Part shown: in pieces, positions 23,401 through 32,274 of the stretch | How positions within the stretch are numbered: position 1 is the first letter of the stretch | Layout: the number at the start of each line of letters is the position of its first letter | From: Myxococcota bacterium | GTDB lineage: Bacteria; Myxococcota_A; UBA796; SXON01 | Assembly (NCBI GenBank): GCA_040386535.1 | Contig: JAZKFH010000047.1 | Coordinates: 32,001-96,000, forward strand | Length of the DNA stretch: 64,000 nucleotides | Reading direction: 5' to 3' | Made by a program: the position numbers and the translations under genes | The notes under the pieces: generated by a model | Told to the model about the DNA's origin: nothing | The model's input: the letters and a program-made list of their open reading frames with translations, nothing else | Databases searched by the model: none

Positions 23401-25335
23401 GCCAACGGCCTCGACCACCACGACCGCCGACTCCGTCCATCGCGCCGTCTGGGGGGTGAGGGCGCCGTTCCGTGGGTCCCAACCGCCAACCACGCGCCAG
23501 CGCCCGCTGGTCACGAGCGCGTCGGCGTGGGGGGTGCCGGGCCCGCGGTATTCGCGGTGGGAGGAGACCACCAGCCACGTGCCCGGGAGCGGGCGGGCGA
23601 GCGCGGCGGCGCAGGCGTGCTCACCGTCGGGCGGCGTCACGCGCGCATCCTCGTGCAGGTACAACCAGACGGGGTGCGGCGCACAGTCGACGATGCGCGT
23701 GGGCGTGGGCTGGGTGGCGAGCCAGCGTGCCACCTGGAGCGTGGCGCCCGCGTTGCCCCCGGGGTCCTCCGCGGCGTCGGCGCGCGCGGCCGGCGAAGGA
23801 AACGGCAGCGACGGAGACTCCCACGCGGTGTCGCTTCCCACCCAGAGCGCCTGGCCGAAGAGCAACCAGAACGCTGCCGACGCCACCGCCACGAGCGCGC
23901 GCGATCCCCGGTCCGCGCCCGCGACGAGCCGTAGGAGCCGCCCCCACCCGACGACGCCCACCAGCGCCACGACCGGCAGCAGATGCACGAAGTAGCGGAT
24001 GTTGTACTTGAGTGACAACGGCCCCCACGCCGAAACGAGCGCGGCCGCGGGCACGAGCAGGAGCCACCGCCCGGCGCCCGCCTTCCCGGGGAGGAGGGCC
24101 CCGGCGAGGCCGACGAGCAACAGGAGCAGGCCGACGCGGGGCAGCGTGGAGAGGGTCTGCTCGAGCTCGTGCAGGTTGATGCGCAGCCGCTCGGAGAGCG
24201 GAGCGATGGAGGTGTTCGGGGCGGGCACCCACGTGGCGCCGCTGGCACCCGAGCGCAGACGCAACACGTCGCTGTCCGCCGGGGTCGTCACTGCGGAGAG
24301 GGCGGCCTCGAGTTCGCCGTCCCGCAGGAAGGTCGGCAGGCGCGGGTTCGTGGGGAGGGCGGGATCGGGCCGACGTACGGCGGCCCACGCCCACGGCCTG
24401 TCCCGGTGCAGCTCCTCGCGCTGGTTCGCCACCAGGGAGCCGAACGGGGTGTACGACACGGGCGGATCGAGCGCGCCGACCACGGCCGCGGTGGCGAGGG
24501 TGCCGACGAGGAGGCCGCCGACGAGCGGACGGAGAACGGTCCGATCCCCGAGCCACGCGAGCGGGAGGCCGACAGCAAGGGCGGGCCCGAGCGAGAGCAG
24601 CGCTTTCTCCTGCGTGGAGAGCGCGAGGCCGGTAAGGAGCCCCGCGAGGGCCCACCGCGGCAGGGTGGGCCGGGCCAACGCCCACGTGAGCGCCGCGAGC
24701 GCCGCGACGATGACGGAGAAGTACAGCGGGTAGTTGGTCGACTGGGGCGCAAACGCCCAGGGGACCGGGTGCAGCACGCAGAGGATGGCCACCAGCAGCG
24801 CCTCGCCGCGCCCGGTCAGCGTGCGGGCGAGCGCGTATCCGAGCGACGGAAACGCCGACACCGCCACGTGGGTGAGGAGCTGGGTGGCCGCCAACGGCGA
24901 GAGCGCCGTCGCCGCGACGAGCCGGGCGCCGAGCCAGGCGTGGAGGATGCGCTTGTCGGTGTTGTAGTGTTCCCACTGCTCGGTGGCGACGGCGATCAGC
25001 GTGCGGAGGTACGACGGGCCGTCCATGCCGAGGAGCACGCCGTCGGGGTTCACGCGCGCGATCCACGCGCCCAGGGCCACGTACATGCCGAGGCCGAGGG
25101 CGACGGCGATGGCGACATCGAGGGCCCGGTCGCGTGGCGACGGCGGCGTCGGGGCCGCCTCGGTGGGCTCCGGGGGAGCCCGCGTCGCGCGCACCGCGCT
25201 CCACACCCCCGCCGCTCCCGCGACCCCGACGAGCGCGACGAGCGGCGGCCACAAGCCGAGCGGCTCCAGCCCGCGCCGGATCTCACCCGGCCCGAAGTTC
25301 GTCAGGACGTGGATCGCCCACGCCCCGAGGGCCAC
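23395..25335 (-). CDS. Polytopic membrane protein, possible GT-C-fold glycosyltransferase (start uncertain)
   Basis: About 10 or more hydrophobic segments, an acidic first loop (GMDGPSY), and RYFVHLLP resembling the RY..P motif. Confidence 0.55.
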   Translation of the reverse strand: MALGAWAIHVLTNFGPGEIRRGLEPLGLWPPLVALVGVAGAAGVWSAVRATRAPPEPTEAAPTPPSPRDRALDVAIAVALGLGMYVALGAWIARVNPDGVLLGMDGPSYLRTLIAVATEQWEHYNTDKRILHAWLGARLVAATALSPLAATQLLTHVAVSAFPSLGYALARTLTGRGEALLVAILCVLHPVPWAFAPQSTNYPLYFSVIVAALAALTWALARPTLPRWALAGLLTGLALSTQEKALLSLGPALAVGLPLAWLGDRTVLRPLVGGLLVGTLATAAVVGALDPPVSYTPFGSLVANQREELHRDRPWAWAAVRRPDPALPTNPRLPTFLRDGELEAALSAVTTPADSDVLRLRSGASGATWVPAPNTSIAPLSERLRINLHELEQTLSTLPRVGLLLLLVGLAGALLPGKAGAGRWLLLVPAAALVSAWGPLSLKYNIRYFVHLLPVVALVGVVGWGRLLRLVAGADRGSRALVAVASAAFWLLFGQALWVGSDTAWESPSLPFPSPAARADAAEDPGGNAGATLQVARWLATQPTPTRIVDCAPHPVWLYLHEDARVTPPDGEHACAAALARPLPGTWLVVSSHREYRGPGTPHADALVTSGRWRVVGGWDPRNGALTPQTARWTESAVVVVEAVGP

Positions 25336-25405
25336 GCCCGTGCCGCCGCGCAGGAGCGGGGGCAGCCATCGGGAGAGCGCCGCGGATTTGGAGGAGCCGG
25401 CCAGC

Positions 25406-27310
25406 CTACCGCCGCTTCGCCGTGTAGCTGGTCGCCTTCTTCTGGTCGGGATGCCGGATGGCGCCGGTCAGGCCGGCGGCGTCGAGCGCGCCGTCGACCC
25501 ACCAGCCGGGGCTCACGTCCTCCGAGAGGGTGAAGCGCCCGGTCGCGCCGTTCAGCGTGCCGCCGAGGCTGAACGTGCGGTAGCTCGTGCCGACGAGCAC
25601 CTCGAGCTGCCCGCTGAGGCGGTCGCCGCCGCGCGGCTCGAGCGCAAGGGTGAAGGGACGGCCGGACCACGTGCCCTGCCAGGTGCCGGAGACGCGGCCG
25701 ACCGCCGCCGCCGTGCGGGCCTCGGCCTCGGCCTTCGCGGCGGCGGCGGCGGCGACCGCGGGATCGACGGCGTCGGCCACGTCCGCGGCGTCGGCGACGA
25801 CGGGCGTGGGGACGGGGTCCGCGGCGACGGGGTCGGGGGTGGTCGAGTCGGGGACGACCTCGGCGCCCGCGCCGGCCGGGAGGGTGGTGGCGAGGGGGGG
25901 CGGGACGGCGAGGGACCCGGATGCGCCGATCGAGGGCTGCGCCGGCGTCGGTACCGCGGTCGGGAGGGCGGTCGGGAGGGCGCTCGGGACCGTGGTCGGC
26001 ACGATCGGAGCCGACGCGGTGCCAGGCGTCAGCGCCGCCCCATCCGCCGCTGGAGGAGCTCCCGTCGCGGCCGCCGGGGGCCCCGCGGGGATCGGAGCGT
26101 CGGTCGGCTCTCCGCGCCCGAACCAGAGCCCCGCGCCGAGCAGGGCGACGGCGGCGAGGCCCACGATCCCGAGGACGCGCCCCCGCGAGGAGGCCGGCGC
26201 CGGGGGCATCGTGGGCGGGAGCGTGCCCGACACGGTCGTGGGGGCGCGGTCCATCGCGTCCACGCTCTCCACGCTGGGCGCGAGGGTGGCACCGGCCCGC
26301 GCCGCCGGGGCGTCGTCGAGCAGGTACTTGCCGAAGGACGCCGGCGCCATCGTCGGGTTGGCGAGGCCGCCCACCGCGGCGGAACCGAGGCCGGCGGCCC
26401 GCAGGGGCATGACCGACGGGAGCGAGATGGCGAGGGGCGCGGCGGCGCGGCGGCCCTCCACGACCTCGGCCAGATCGGGCCGATCGCCGAACAGGGCGCG
26501 CGCCAGCTCGCGGGCGTCGGCGTAGCGGCGGAGGCGGTCCACCTCCAGGCAGCGCTCGACCGTGGCGGCCAGCGTGGTGGGCAGCGTGGGTTCGAGCGTG
26601 CCGATGGGAACGTGGGTGCCGAGCAGGGTCGCGGCGAGCGTCGCGGCGATCTCGTCCCGGGTGAACGGCGCGACGCCCGTCAGCATCTCGTAGAGCACCA
26701 CGCCGAGGGCGAACACGTCGGCACGCGCGTCCGCGCCCGAGGCGTCCCCGGCCTGCTCGGGCGCCATGTACCCGGGGGTGCCCATCACGAGCCCCTGGAT
26801 CGTGTCGCCCGCGCCCGCGGCGGTGTCGCCGATGAGCACCTTGGCGAGGCCGAAGTCGGTCACCTTGGCGAGCACGCCGGTGGGGCCGGGCGCGAGGAGG
26901 ATGTTCCCCGGCTTCAGGTCGCGGTGCAGCACGCCGGCCGCGTGCGCCGCCGCCACGCCGGCGAGCACCTGGGAGAACAGGGCGAGCGCCTCGTCCACGC
27001 GGAGCGCGCCCTTCTCCGCGAGCAGCTGCTGGAGCGTGACGCCCTCGACGTACTCGAGCACGAGCGCCGAGTGGCCGCGCACCTCGATGACGTCGGTCAC
27101 CGCGACCACGTTGGGGTGGCGGAGCTGGGCCTGGATGCTGCCCTCGCGGAGCAGGCGCCGCGCCACGGCGGGCCCGCCCGCGGTCACCACCTTCAGCGCG
27201 TGGAACGAGCCGAGCACGCGGTGGCGCACCTTGTAGACCTGCGCGAGCCCGCCGACGCCGAGCAGCTCGACGACCTCGAAGCGGTCCACCACGTCCCCGG
27301 CATGCAGCAC
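25406..27310 (-). CDS. Hanks-type Ser/Thr protein kinase, single TM, Pro/Ala-rich periplasmic tail
   Basis: LGVGGLAQVY, ALK, HRDLKPGN, DFGLAK, GTPGYMAPEQ, DVFALG. Confidence 0.95.
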   Translation of the reverse strand: MLHAGDVVDRFEVVELLGVGGLAQVYKVRHRVLGSFHALKVVTAGGPAVARRLLREGSIQAQLRHPNVVAVTDVIEVRGHSALVLEYVEGVTLQQLLAEKGALRVDEALALFSQVLAGVAAAHAAGVLHRDLKPGNILLAPGPTGVLAKVTDFGLAKVLIGDTAAGAGDTIQGLVMGTPGYMAPEQAGDASGADARADVFALGVVLYEMLTGVAPFTRDEIAATLAATLLGTHVPIGTLEPTLPTTLAATVERCLEVDRLRRYADARELARALFGDRPDLAEVVEGRRAAAPLAISLPSVMPLRAAGLGSAAVGGLANPTMAPASFGKYLLDDAPAARAGATLAPSVESVDAMDRAPTTVSGTLPPTMPPAPASSRGRVLGIVGLAAVALLGAGLWFGRGEPTDAPIPAGPPAAATGAPPAADGAALTPGTASAPIVPTTVPSALPTALPTAVPTPAQPSIGASGSLAVPPPLATTLPAGAGAEVVPDSTTPDPVAADPVPTPVVADAADVADAVDPAVAAAAAAKAEAEARTAAAVGRVSGTWQGTWSGRPFTLALEPRGGDRLSGQLEVLVGTSYRTFSLGGTLNGATGRFTLSEDVSPGWWVDGALDAAGLTGAIRHPDQKKATSYTAKRR

Positions 27311-28236
27311 TAGCGCTCCCTGGCGCCGCGGGTCGCGAGCTGGCCCGACAACCCGGCGGTCACGATCACCTGGTCGGCGGGGTTGTTCTTCGCAAAAGCG
27401 GTGCCGAACACGGCCAGCGCCAACGACGTGCGCTTCGACGACCGCACGATCAGCTTGCCGCCCGCGCGCACGTTGAGCACGTTGAGCGCGGCGAAGCGGT
27501 CCGGATCGGCGGCGTCGAGCTGCTCGAAGTCGACCCCCTCGGGGCGCCAGAGCATCGTGATCGCGGGGCCGATCGCCCACGCGGGCCGCGCGCCGCCGAG
27601 CCACTCCAGGTCGGCGTGCATCTCGGAGCCGGGCACGGGCGCGCCGCTCGCGTCGGTGTTGGGGAAGCGATACACGCCGCCCACCTCGAGGTAGCTGCTC
27701 CAGTACCCCTCGCCGAGCGCGCCGCTGCGGCCGACCGACGCGAACCCGCCGAGATCGGTGGTGCCCTCGCCCAGGTTGGTGATGCGCGCGCGCGTGTCGG
27801 AGGTGTGCTGCCCGATGCGAAGGTCGCCGCCGATCGCGACGGAGACCGGGGCGCCGATCAGCTCGTCGATCACGAGGCCCTTCACGCGGACGCCGATGAC
27901 GCCGAGCCCGTCGGTCGTGTCGCAGCCGCGCTGGCCGACGGTGGTGCACAACGCGCCGTCGGTGCGGTTGGCCGTCACGTAGAGGTAGGGCACCTGCAGC
28001 TGGACATCGATGCGGTCGCGCACGCCATAGCCTACGATCAGCTGGGCGCCGGCCTTCTCGATGCCCTCGTCGACATCCACCACGGCCTCGGGGTCCCAGC
28101 TGCCGCCGGACACCGCGAGCTTGCCGATGCGCTGGTACTCGGCGCCGGCGTAGACGGAGAGGTCACCCTCCGGGAGGGTCCACGGGCCCGTTCCGGCGGT
28201 TGCGTCGAGGGAGGTGAGGACGAGGGCGATCAGCAT
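27310..28236 (-). CDS. Exported hypothetical protein, probable outer-membrane beta-barrel
   Basis: Short signal peptide and amphipathic strands (YGVRDRIDVQLQVPY, LGEGTTD). Translationally coupled to the kinase. Confidence 0.6.
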   Translation of the reverse strand: MLIALVLTSLDATAGTGPWTLPEGDLSVYAGAEYQRIGKLAVSGGSWDPEAVVDVDEGIEKAGAQLIVGYGVRDRIDVQLQVPYLYVTANRTDGALCTTVGQRGCDTTDGLGVIGVRVKGLVIDELIGAPVSVAIGGDLRIGQHTSDTRARITNLGEGTTDLGGFASVGRSGALGEGYWSSYLEVGGVYRFPNTDASGAPVPGSEMHADLEWLGGARPAWAIGPAITMLWRPEGVDFEQLDAADPDRFAALNVLNVRAGGKLIVRSSKRTSLALAVFGTAFAKNNPADQVIVTAGLSGQLATRGARER

Positions 28237-28282
28237 GCGAAACCCGGCTGGCGGAGTGTACGCCGGACACCGGACGAATGGA

Positions 28283-29698
28283 TCAAAAGGCCTCTCCCCA
28301 GGCCGCCACGACGCCCCATCCCTCGGGGCCGAACCCGATGTCGAGGCGCGTGACGTTGTACCGATCCGGCGGGAGCACGATCCGCAGGCCGCCGCCCGCG
28401 GTCACGTGCCAGCCCGCGACGTTGGCGCCATCCACGAAGAGGGCGCCGTGCAGCGGGCCCCAGAGGGGGTGGCGGTACTCGATCTGCCCGGCCAGCACGG
28501 TGTCCCCGCGGAAGCGGCCGGCGGGCAGGCCGCGCAACAGGTCGGCGCCGCCCGCGGTGGGCAGGCGGTAGAACGGCGCGTCGGTCGGCACGTGGGTGGC
28601 CGCGAGGCGGAGCGCGAGGGTGCCCCCGGCGAGCTTCGGCGCGGCGCGTCCGTCCGCCGAGACCACGAGGTAGGTGTAGCCGCCGAGGTCGAGCTCGCTC
28701 GCGAGGCGGAGGCGCGCGGTCGTGTCGCCCAGCGTGACCGACGCGGTGGGGCCCGCGAGGAGCGTGGTGCCGTCGTACACCTCCACGCGCCCGAACGCCC
28801 CCACGCTCACGCCGAGCAGGCCCCACTGGGGCGCGATTGCCGCGGAGAGCCGCGCCGTGCCGAGCGCGTAGGGCGCGGCGGCGCCGTCGATCCAGCGGTC
28901 CGCGACCGCGCGGGAGGCGCCGGCGCCGAACAGCAGGTTCGGCCGCGTCGCGGTGGTGAGCGCGCCGCCCACCGAGAACCCGCCGCGGGTGTCGGCCCCG
29001 CCGAGGAGCTCGAGCCGGTGCCGCTTCCAGGCGAGATCGGGGTGCGCGAAGCGGAGCGTGACGCCCACTCCGGCGCCGGGCGCGCCGCCCACACCCACGC
29101 CGAGCACCCACGTGCCGGGCGCGGGCGGGGTGCGTTGCCCGGTGGCGCGAAGGCCGCGCCCCATCCCGTCGAGCGCGGCCTCGGGCAGCGCGTCGAGCGC
29201 CGTGTGATCGCCCGTGGCGACGGCGATGCGCGCGGCCGCGGGCCCGGCGAGGGGCGATCCGACGAGCAGCTCGGGCACCCGCGTCGGATCGGCGCCGGTG
29301 AAGGGAGGCATGAAGAGCTCCCAGTCCGCCGCCGCGATGCCGCACCACGCCTCGCTCGAAGGACATGCCGCGAGCGCCCGGTTGAGCTTCGCCTCGTGCA
29401 CGAACGGCGCGACGCTCCCGCCGAGCTGGAGGAGCCGGATGCGCGCCATGGCCTCGGCCGCCGCGGCGATCGCGGGGTCGGGCGCACCGGGCGCCGCGTC
29501 GAGCGCCACGCGCCATGCGTCCCACGCGACGCCCCGATCGCCGCGCCACCACGCCTCGTCGCCCCGGGAGAGGGCGGCGAGGGCCGCGTCGGGAGCGCTG
29601 AGGGAGTCGGTGGGAGCGCTGACGGGGTCGGGCGGCGCGTCGGCGGCGGCCGGGCCGGCGAGGAAGAGCCCCACGACCGCGACGAACCCGCGGACCAC
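28283..29698 (-). CDS. Omp85/BamA-TamA superfamily outer-membrane protein
   Basis: GGADLLRGL (VRGF-like), EYR, GALFVDG, GGGLR, RLDIGFG and C-terminal GEAF. Signal peptide from GTG 29698. Confidence 0.75.
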   Translation of the reverse strand: MVRGFVAVVGLFLAGPAAADAPPDPVSAPTDSLSAPDAALAALSRGDEAWWRGDRGVAWDAWRVALDAAPGAPDPAIAAAAEAMARIRLLQLGGSVAPFVHEAKLNRALAACPSSEAWCGIAAADWELFMPPFTGADPTRVPELLVGSPLAGPAAARIAVATGDHTALDALPEAALDGMGRGLRATGQRTPPAPGTWVLGVGVGGAPGAGVGVTLRFAHPDLAWKRHRLELLGGADTRGGFSVGGALTTATRPNLLFGAGASRAVADRWIDGAAAPYALGTARLSAAIAPQWGLLGVSVGAFGRVEVYDGTTLLAGPTASVTLGDTTARLRLASELDLGGYTYLVVSADGRAAPKLAGGTLALRLAATHVPTDAPFYRLPTAGGADLLRGLPAGRFRGDTVLAGQIEYRHPLWGPLHGALFVDGANVAGWHVTAGGGLRIVLPPDRYNVTRLDIGFGPEGWGVVAAWGEAF

Positions 29699-29708
29699 GC
29701 GCCGGACC

Positions 29709-30035
29709 GACTTGTCGATCACCGGGGCCGGTTGTCGATCGAGTTGTCGATCACGCGGGGTGCGGAGGGGGGAGTTGTCGATCACGGGTGCCGGTTGTCG
29801 ATCGAGTTGTGCCCCGCCGGGCGGATCCGAGGGGTCGAATTGTCGCTCGGCGTGACGCGCGGTTGCGAGTTGTCGATCACAAAGATCGATTGTCGATCGA
29901 GTTGTCGATCGTTCGGGGGACGCGGGGCGAGTTGTCGATCACGGGTGCCGGTTGTCGATCGAGTTGTCGATCGTTCTAGGTGCCCGGGACAATGTTGTCG
30001 ATCACGGGAGGGGGTTGTCGATCGAGTTGTCGATC
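29709..30035 (+). repeat. Helically phased TTGTCGATC direct-repeat array (five triads)
   Basis: Exact 9-mers at 29712, 29732, 29744, 29775, 29795, 29870, 29890, 29902, 29932, 29952, 29964, 29995, 30015 and 30027. Degenerate copies at 29807 and 29840. Confidence 0.97.
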
Positions 30036-30101
30036 ACGCGGCCCGGCGATTTCTTCGATCGGGCGCGTAGCCGTACGACCGCGGCGGGGGCATGTTGGCA
30101 C

Positions 30102-30725
30102 ATGGCTCTCCCCGCGCGAGGACGAATGACCGAGGAGGAGTACCTCGAATACGACCGGACCCACGACGGGAAGCGGGAGTTCGTGAACGGGGAGCTCATC
30201 GACATGGCGGGGGCGAGCGAGGCGCACGGACTCGTCGTCGGAAACCTCTTCTTCGCGATCAAGACGCGTCTGCGTGGGGGAGCTTGCCGGGCGTTCGTGG
30301 CCGACATGCGCGTCCGTATCGACGAAACCGGCCTCTACGCCTACCCGGACATCGTGGTGGTGTGCGGCAAGGCCGAGTTCGCCCCGACCCGCCCCGAGTC
30401 GCTCCTCAACCCCTCGATGGTCGTGGAGGTGCTCTCGCCGACCACGGCCGGCTACGACCGTGGCGCCAAGCTGGAGCACTACCGCCGCCGCCCGAGCATC
30501 CGGGCGATCCTCCTGGTGGACTCCGTCGAGCGCCGGATGACCCGCTACATCCGCAACGCCGACGACACGTGGACGCTCGCCGACCACCTCGACGGCACCG
30601 TACCCATCGGCCCTCTGGAGCTGGAGCTCTCGATGGACGAGATCTTTGAGGGCACCGAAGAGGCGATGGCACGAGCGGCGGCGGACGCCGACGCTCCGGC
30701 GATGCGGGCGCCTTTGCGCCCGTAA
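30102..30725 (+). CDS. Uma2 family (PD-(D/E)XK-like) putative endonuclease
   Basis: MTEEEYL, EFVNGE..MAGAS..H, YPDIVV, VVEVLSPTT..YDRG.K..Y. Confidence 0.92.
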   Translation: MALPARGRMTEEEYLEYDRTHDGKREFVNGELIDMAGASEAHGLVVGNLFFAIKTRLRGGACRAFVADMRVRIDETGLYAYPDIVVVCGKAEFAPTRPESLLNPSMVVEVLSPTTAGYDRGAKLEHYRRRPSIRAILLVDSVERRMTRYIRNADDTWTLADHLDGTVPIGPLELELSMDEIFEGTEEAMARAAADADAPAMRAPLRP

Positions 30726-30762
30726 AGCCGGCCAACTCCGGCCTCCTTCGGCGTCCTCCGGC

Positions 30763-32274
30763 CTACTTCTCCTCCTCCGTCCCCTGCGTGTACCCGAGCG
30801 CCTCGAGCTGCGCGCGGGTCTCGTCCGCGACGGTGATCTGGGCGGCGGTGCGCGGGCCCTCGTAGCGGAGCGGGCCGGTCGCGGGGGCGCCGAGGACGCC
30901 GCGGAGGGGGGGCGCGGGGTCGAGGTAGACGTTGGCGTCGGGCGGGTACACGCCGAAGCGGGCGGGGCCGGGGAGCGCCTGGCCCACGCGCGTGCCGCCG
31001 CTGTAGAGCTGGCCGAGCGTGCGGACCGTGCCCGCGTCGAGCACCCAGCGCTCGCCGAGAAGTGGCCACAGCTGGGCTTCGAGCGCGTCGGCCTTTCCGG
31101 TGTCGGTGCGGCCGTTCGCTTCGAGCGGATCGGCCTTGGTGTCGAACACGGTGCGCTGCCCGTTGGTCAGATCGAGGTCGAGGCGGCGGTCGCCCGTGGC
31201 GATGGACAGGCGGGACGAGTCGAACCGGCTGGTCTCGGCGAGGAAGGTGCGCGCGGGGACGGGGCCGCGCAGATCGACGCCGGGGCCGTGGGGCCAGGGG
31301 AGGCCCGCCATGGCCGCGATCGTGGCGGCCAGATCGATGGTGCCGGCCCGTTCGGTGCGCACGGCGGCCTCGATCCCCGGCCCGTTGAGGAGGAGCGGGA
31401 TCTCGAGCGCCTCGCGGTACAAGGTGTGGGCGTGGCCCCAGCTCCCGCGCTCGCCGAACTCCTCGCCGTGGTCGGCGGTGATGATCCAGTTGGCAGGCCG
31501 ATCGGAGTCGTCCCACGCCTCCTTGAGGCGGCCGATCGCGTCGTCCACGTAGGCGATGCTCTCGTCGTACTGCGCGATCTGGTGCGCCATCCGCTTCTCG
31601 CCGAGCGGGCGCCGCTTGAAGTAGTGGTACGAGCGGTACTGGAGCTCCGCGAAGGTGCCGACGCGGTCGAACTTCTCGTCCCAGGGGGGCGGCGGGAGGT
31701 AGGGGTAGTGCACGTCGTAGATGTGGATGAACAGGAAGAGCGGCTTTCCCCCACCCTTCTCCTTGGCGAGCAGCAGCGCGTCGTTCACCAGGGTCTCGAC
31801 GCGGACCGGGTGCAGGAGGTTGTCGCGCTCGGCGATGCCGTAGTCCTGGTACGTGTCGAAGCCGCGCGCGAACCCGTAGGCGGCGGACACGTAGATGGTC
31901 GAGACGAAGGCGGCGGTGGTGTAGCCGGCCGTCGCGAGCGCCTCCTGCACGAGGGGCACGTCGGGGGCGAGGGCGATGTCGTCCTCGACGACGTGGTGCT
32001 CGGTCGGCCAGAGCCCCGTCAGCATGGTCATGTGGGAGGGGAGGGTCCACGGGGAGGCGGCGCGCGCGCCCTCGAAGCGGAGGCCCTTCTTGGCGAGGCG
32101 GTCGAGGTTGGGGCTGGTCCGGCGGGTGTAGCCGTAGGCGGAGAGGTGGTCGGCGCGGAGCGAGTCGATGCTGACGAGCACGATGTCGGGGCGCGTCGGA
32201 TCCCCCGCGGGCAGGGGACCCGGGCAGCCGAGGAGCAGGACCGCGGCGAGCACGAACAGGGCGCGCGGGATCAC
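30763..32274 (-). CDS. Sulfatase/alkaline-phosphatase superfamily lipoprotein
   Basis: IVLVSIDSLRADHL, PWTLPSH, DVHYPY, YDESIAYVD, TADHGEEF, HAHTLY, LEALGY. Lipobox LLLGC. Confidence 0.9.
   Translation of the reverse strand: MIPRALFVLAAVLLLGCPGPLPAGDPTRPDIVLVSIDSLRADHLSAYGYTRRTSPNLDRLAKKGLRFEGARAASPWTLPSHMTMLTGLWPTEHHVVEDDIALAPDVPLVQEALATAGYTTAAFVSTIYVSAAYGFARGFDTYQDYGIAERDNLLHPVRVETLVNDALLLAKEKGGGKPLFLFIHIYDVHYPYLPPPPWDEKFDRVGTFAELQYRSYHYFKRRPLGEKRMAHQIAQYDESIAYVDDAIGRLKEAWDDSDRPANWIITADHGEEFGERGSWGHAHTLYREALEIPLLLNGPGIEAAVRTERAGTIDLAATIAAMAGLPWPHGPGVDLRGPVPARTFLAETSRFDSSRLSIATGDRRLDLDLTNGQRTVFDTKADPLEANGRTDTGKADALEAQLWPLLGERWVLDAGTVRTLGQLYSGGTRVGQALPGPARFGVYPPDANVYLDPAPPLRGVLGAPATGPLRYEGPRTAAQITVADETRAQLEALGYTQGTEEEK

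Noticed and set aside
29709..30035. CRISPR array interpretation of the TTGTCGATC repeats
   Set aside because: Units are internally repetitive, spacers are short (about 20 bp) and the 11-nt inner segments recur. There is no leader and no cas gene in the window.
29699..30101. ORF extensions through the array (LSIELSI / IDNSIDN peptides; ORFs starting 29785, 29788, 29952)
   Set aside because: Spacings of 20, 31, 62 and 95 bp break frame, so the conservation is at DNA level. Better starts exist at 29698 and 30102.
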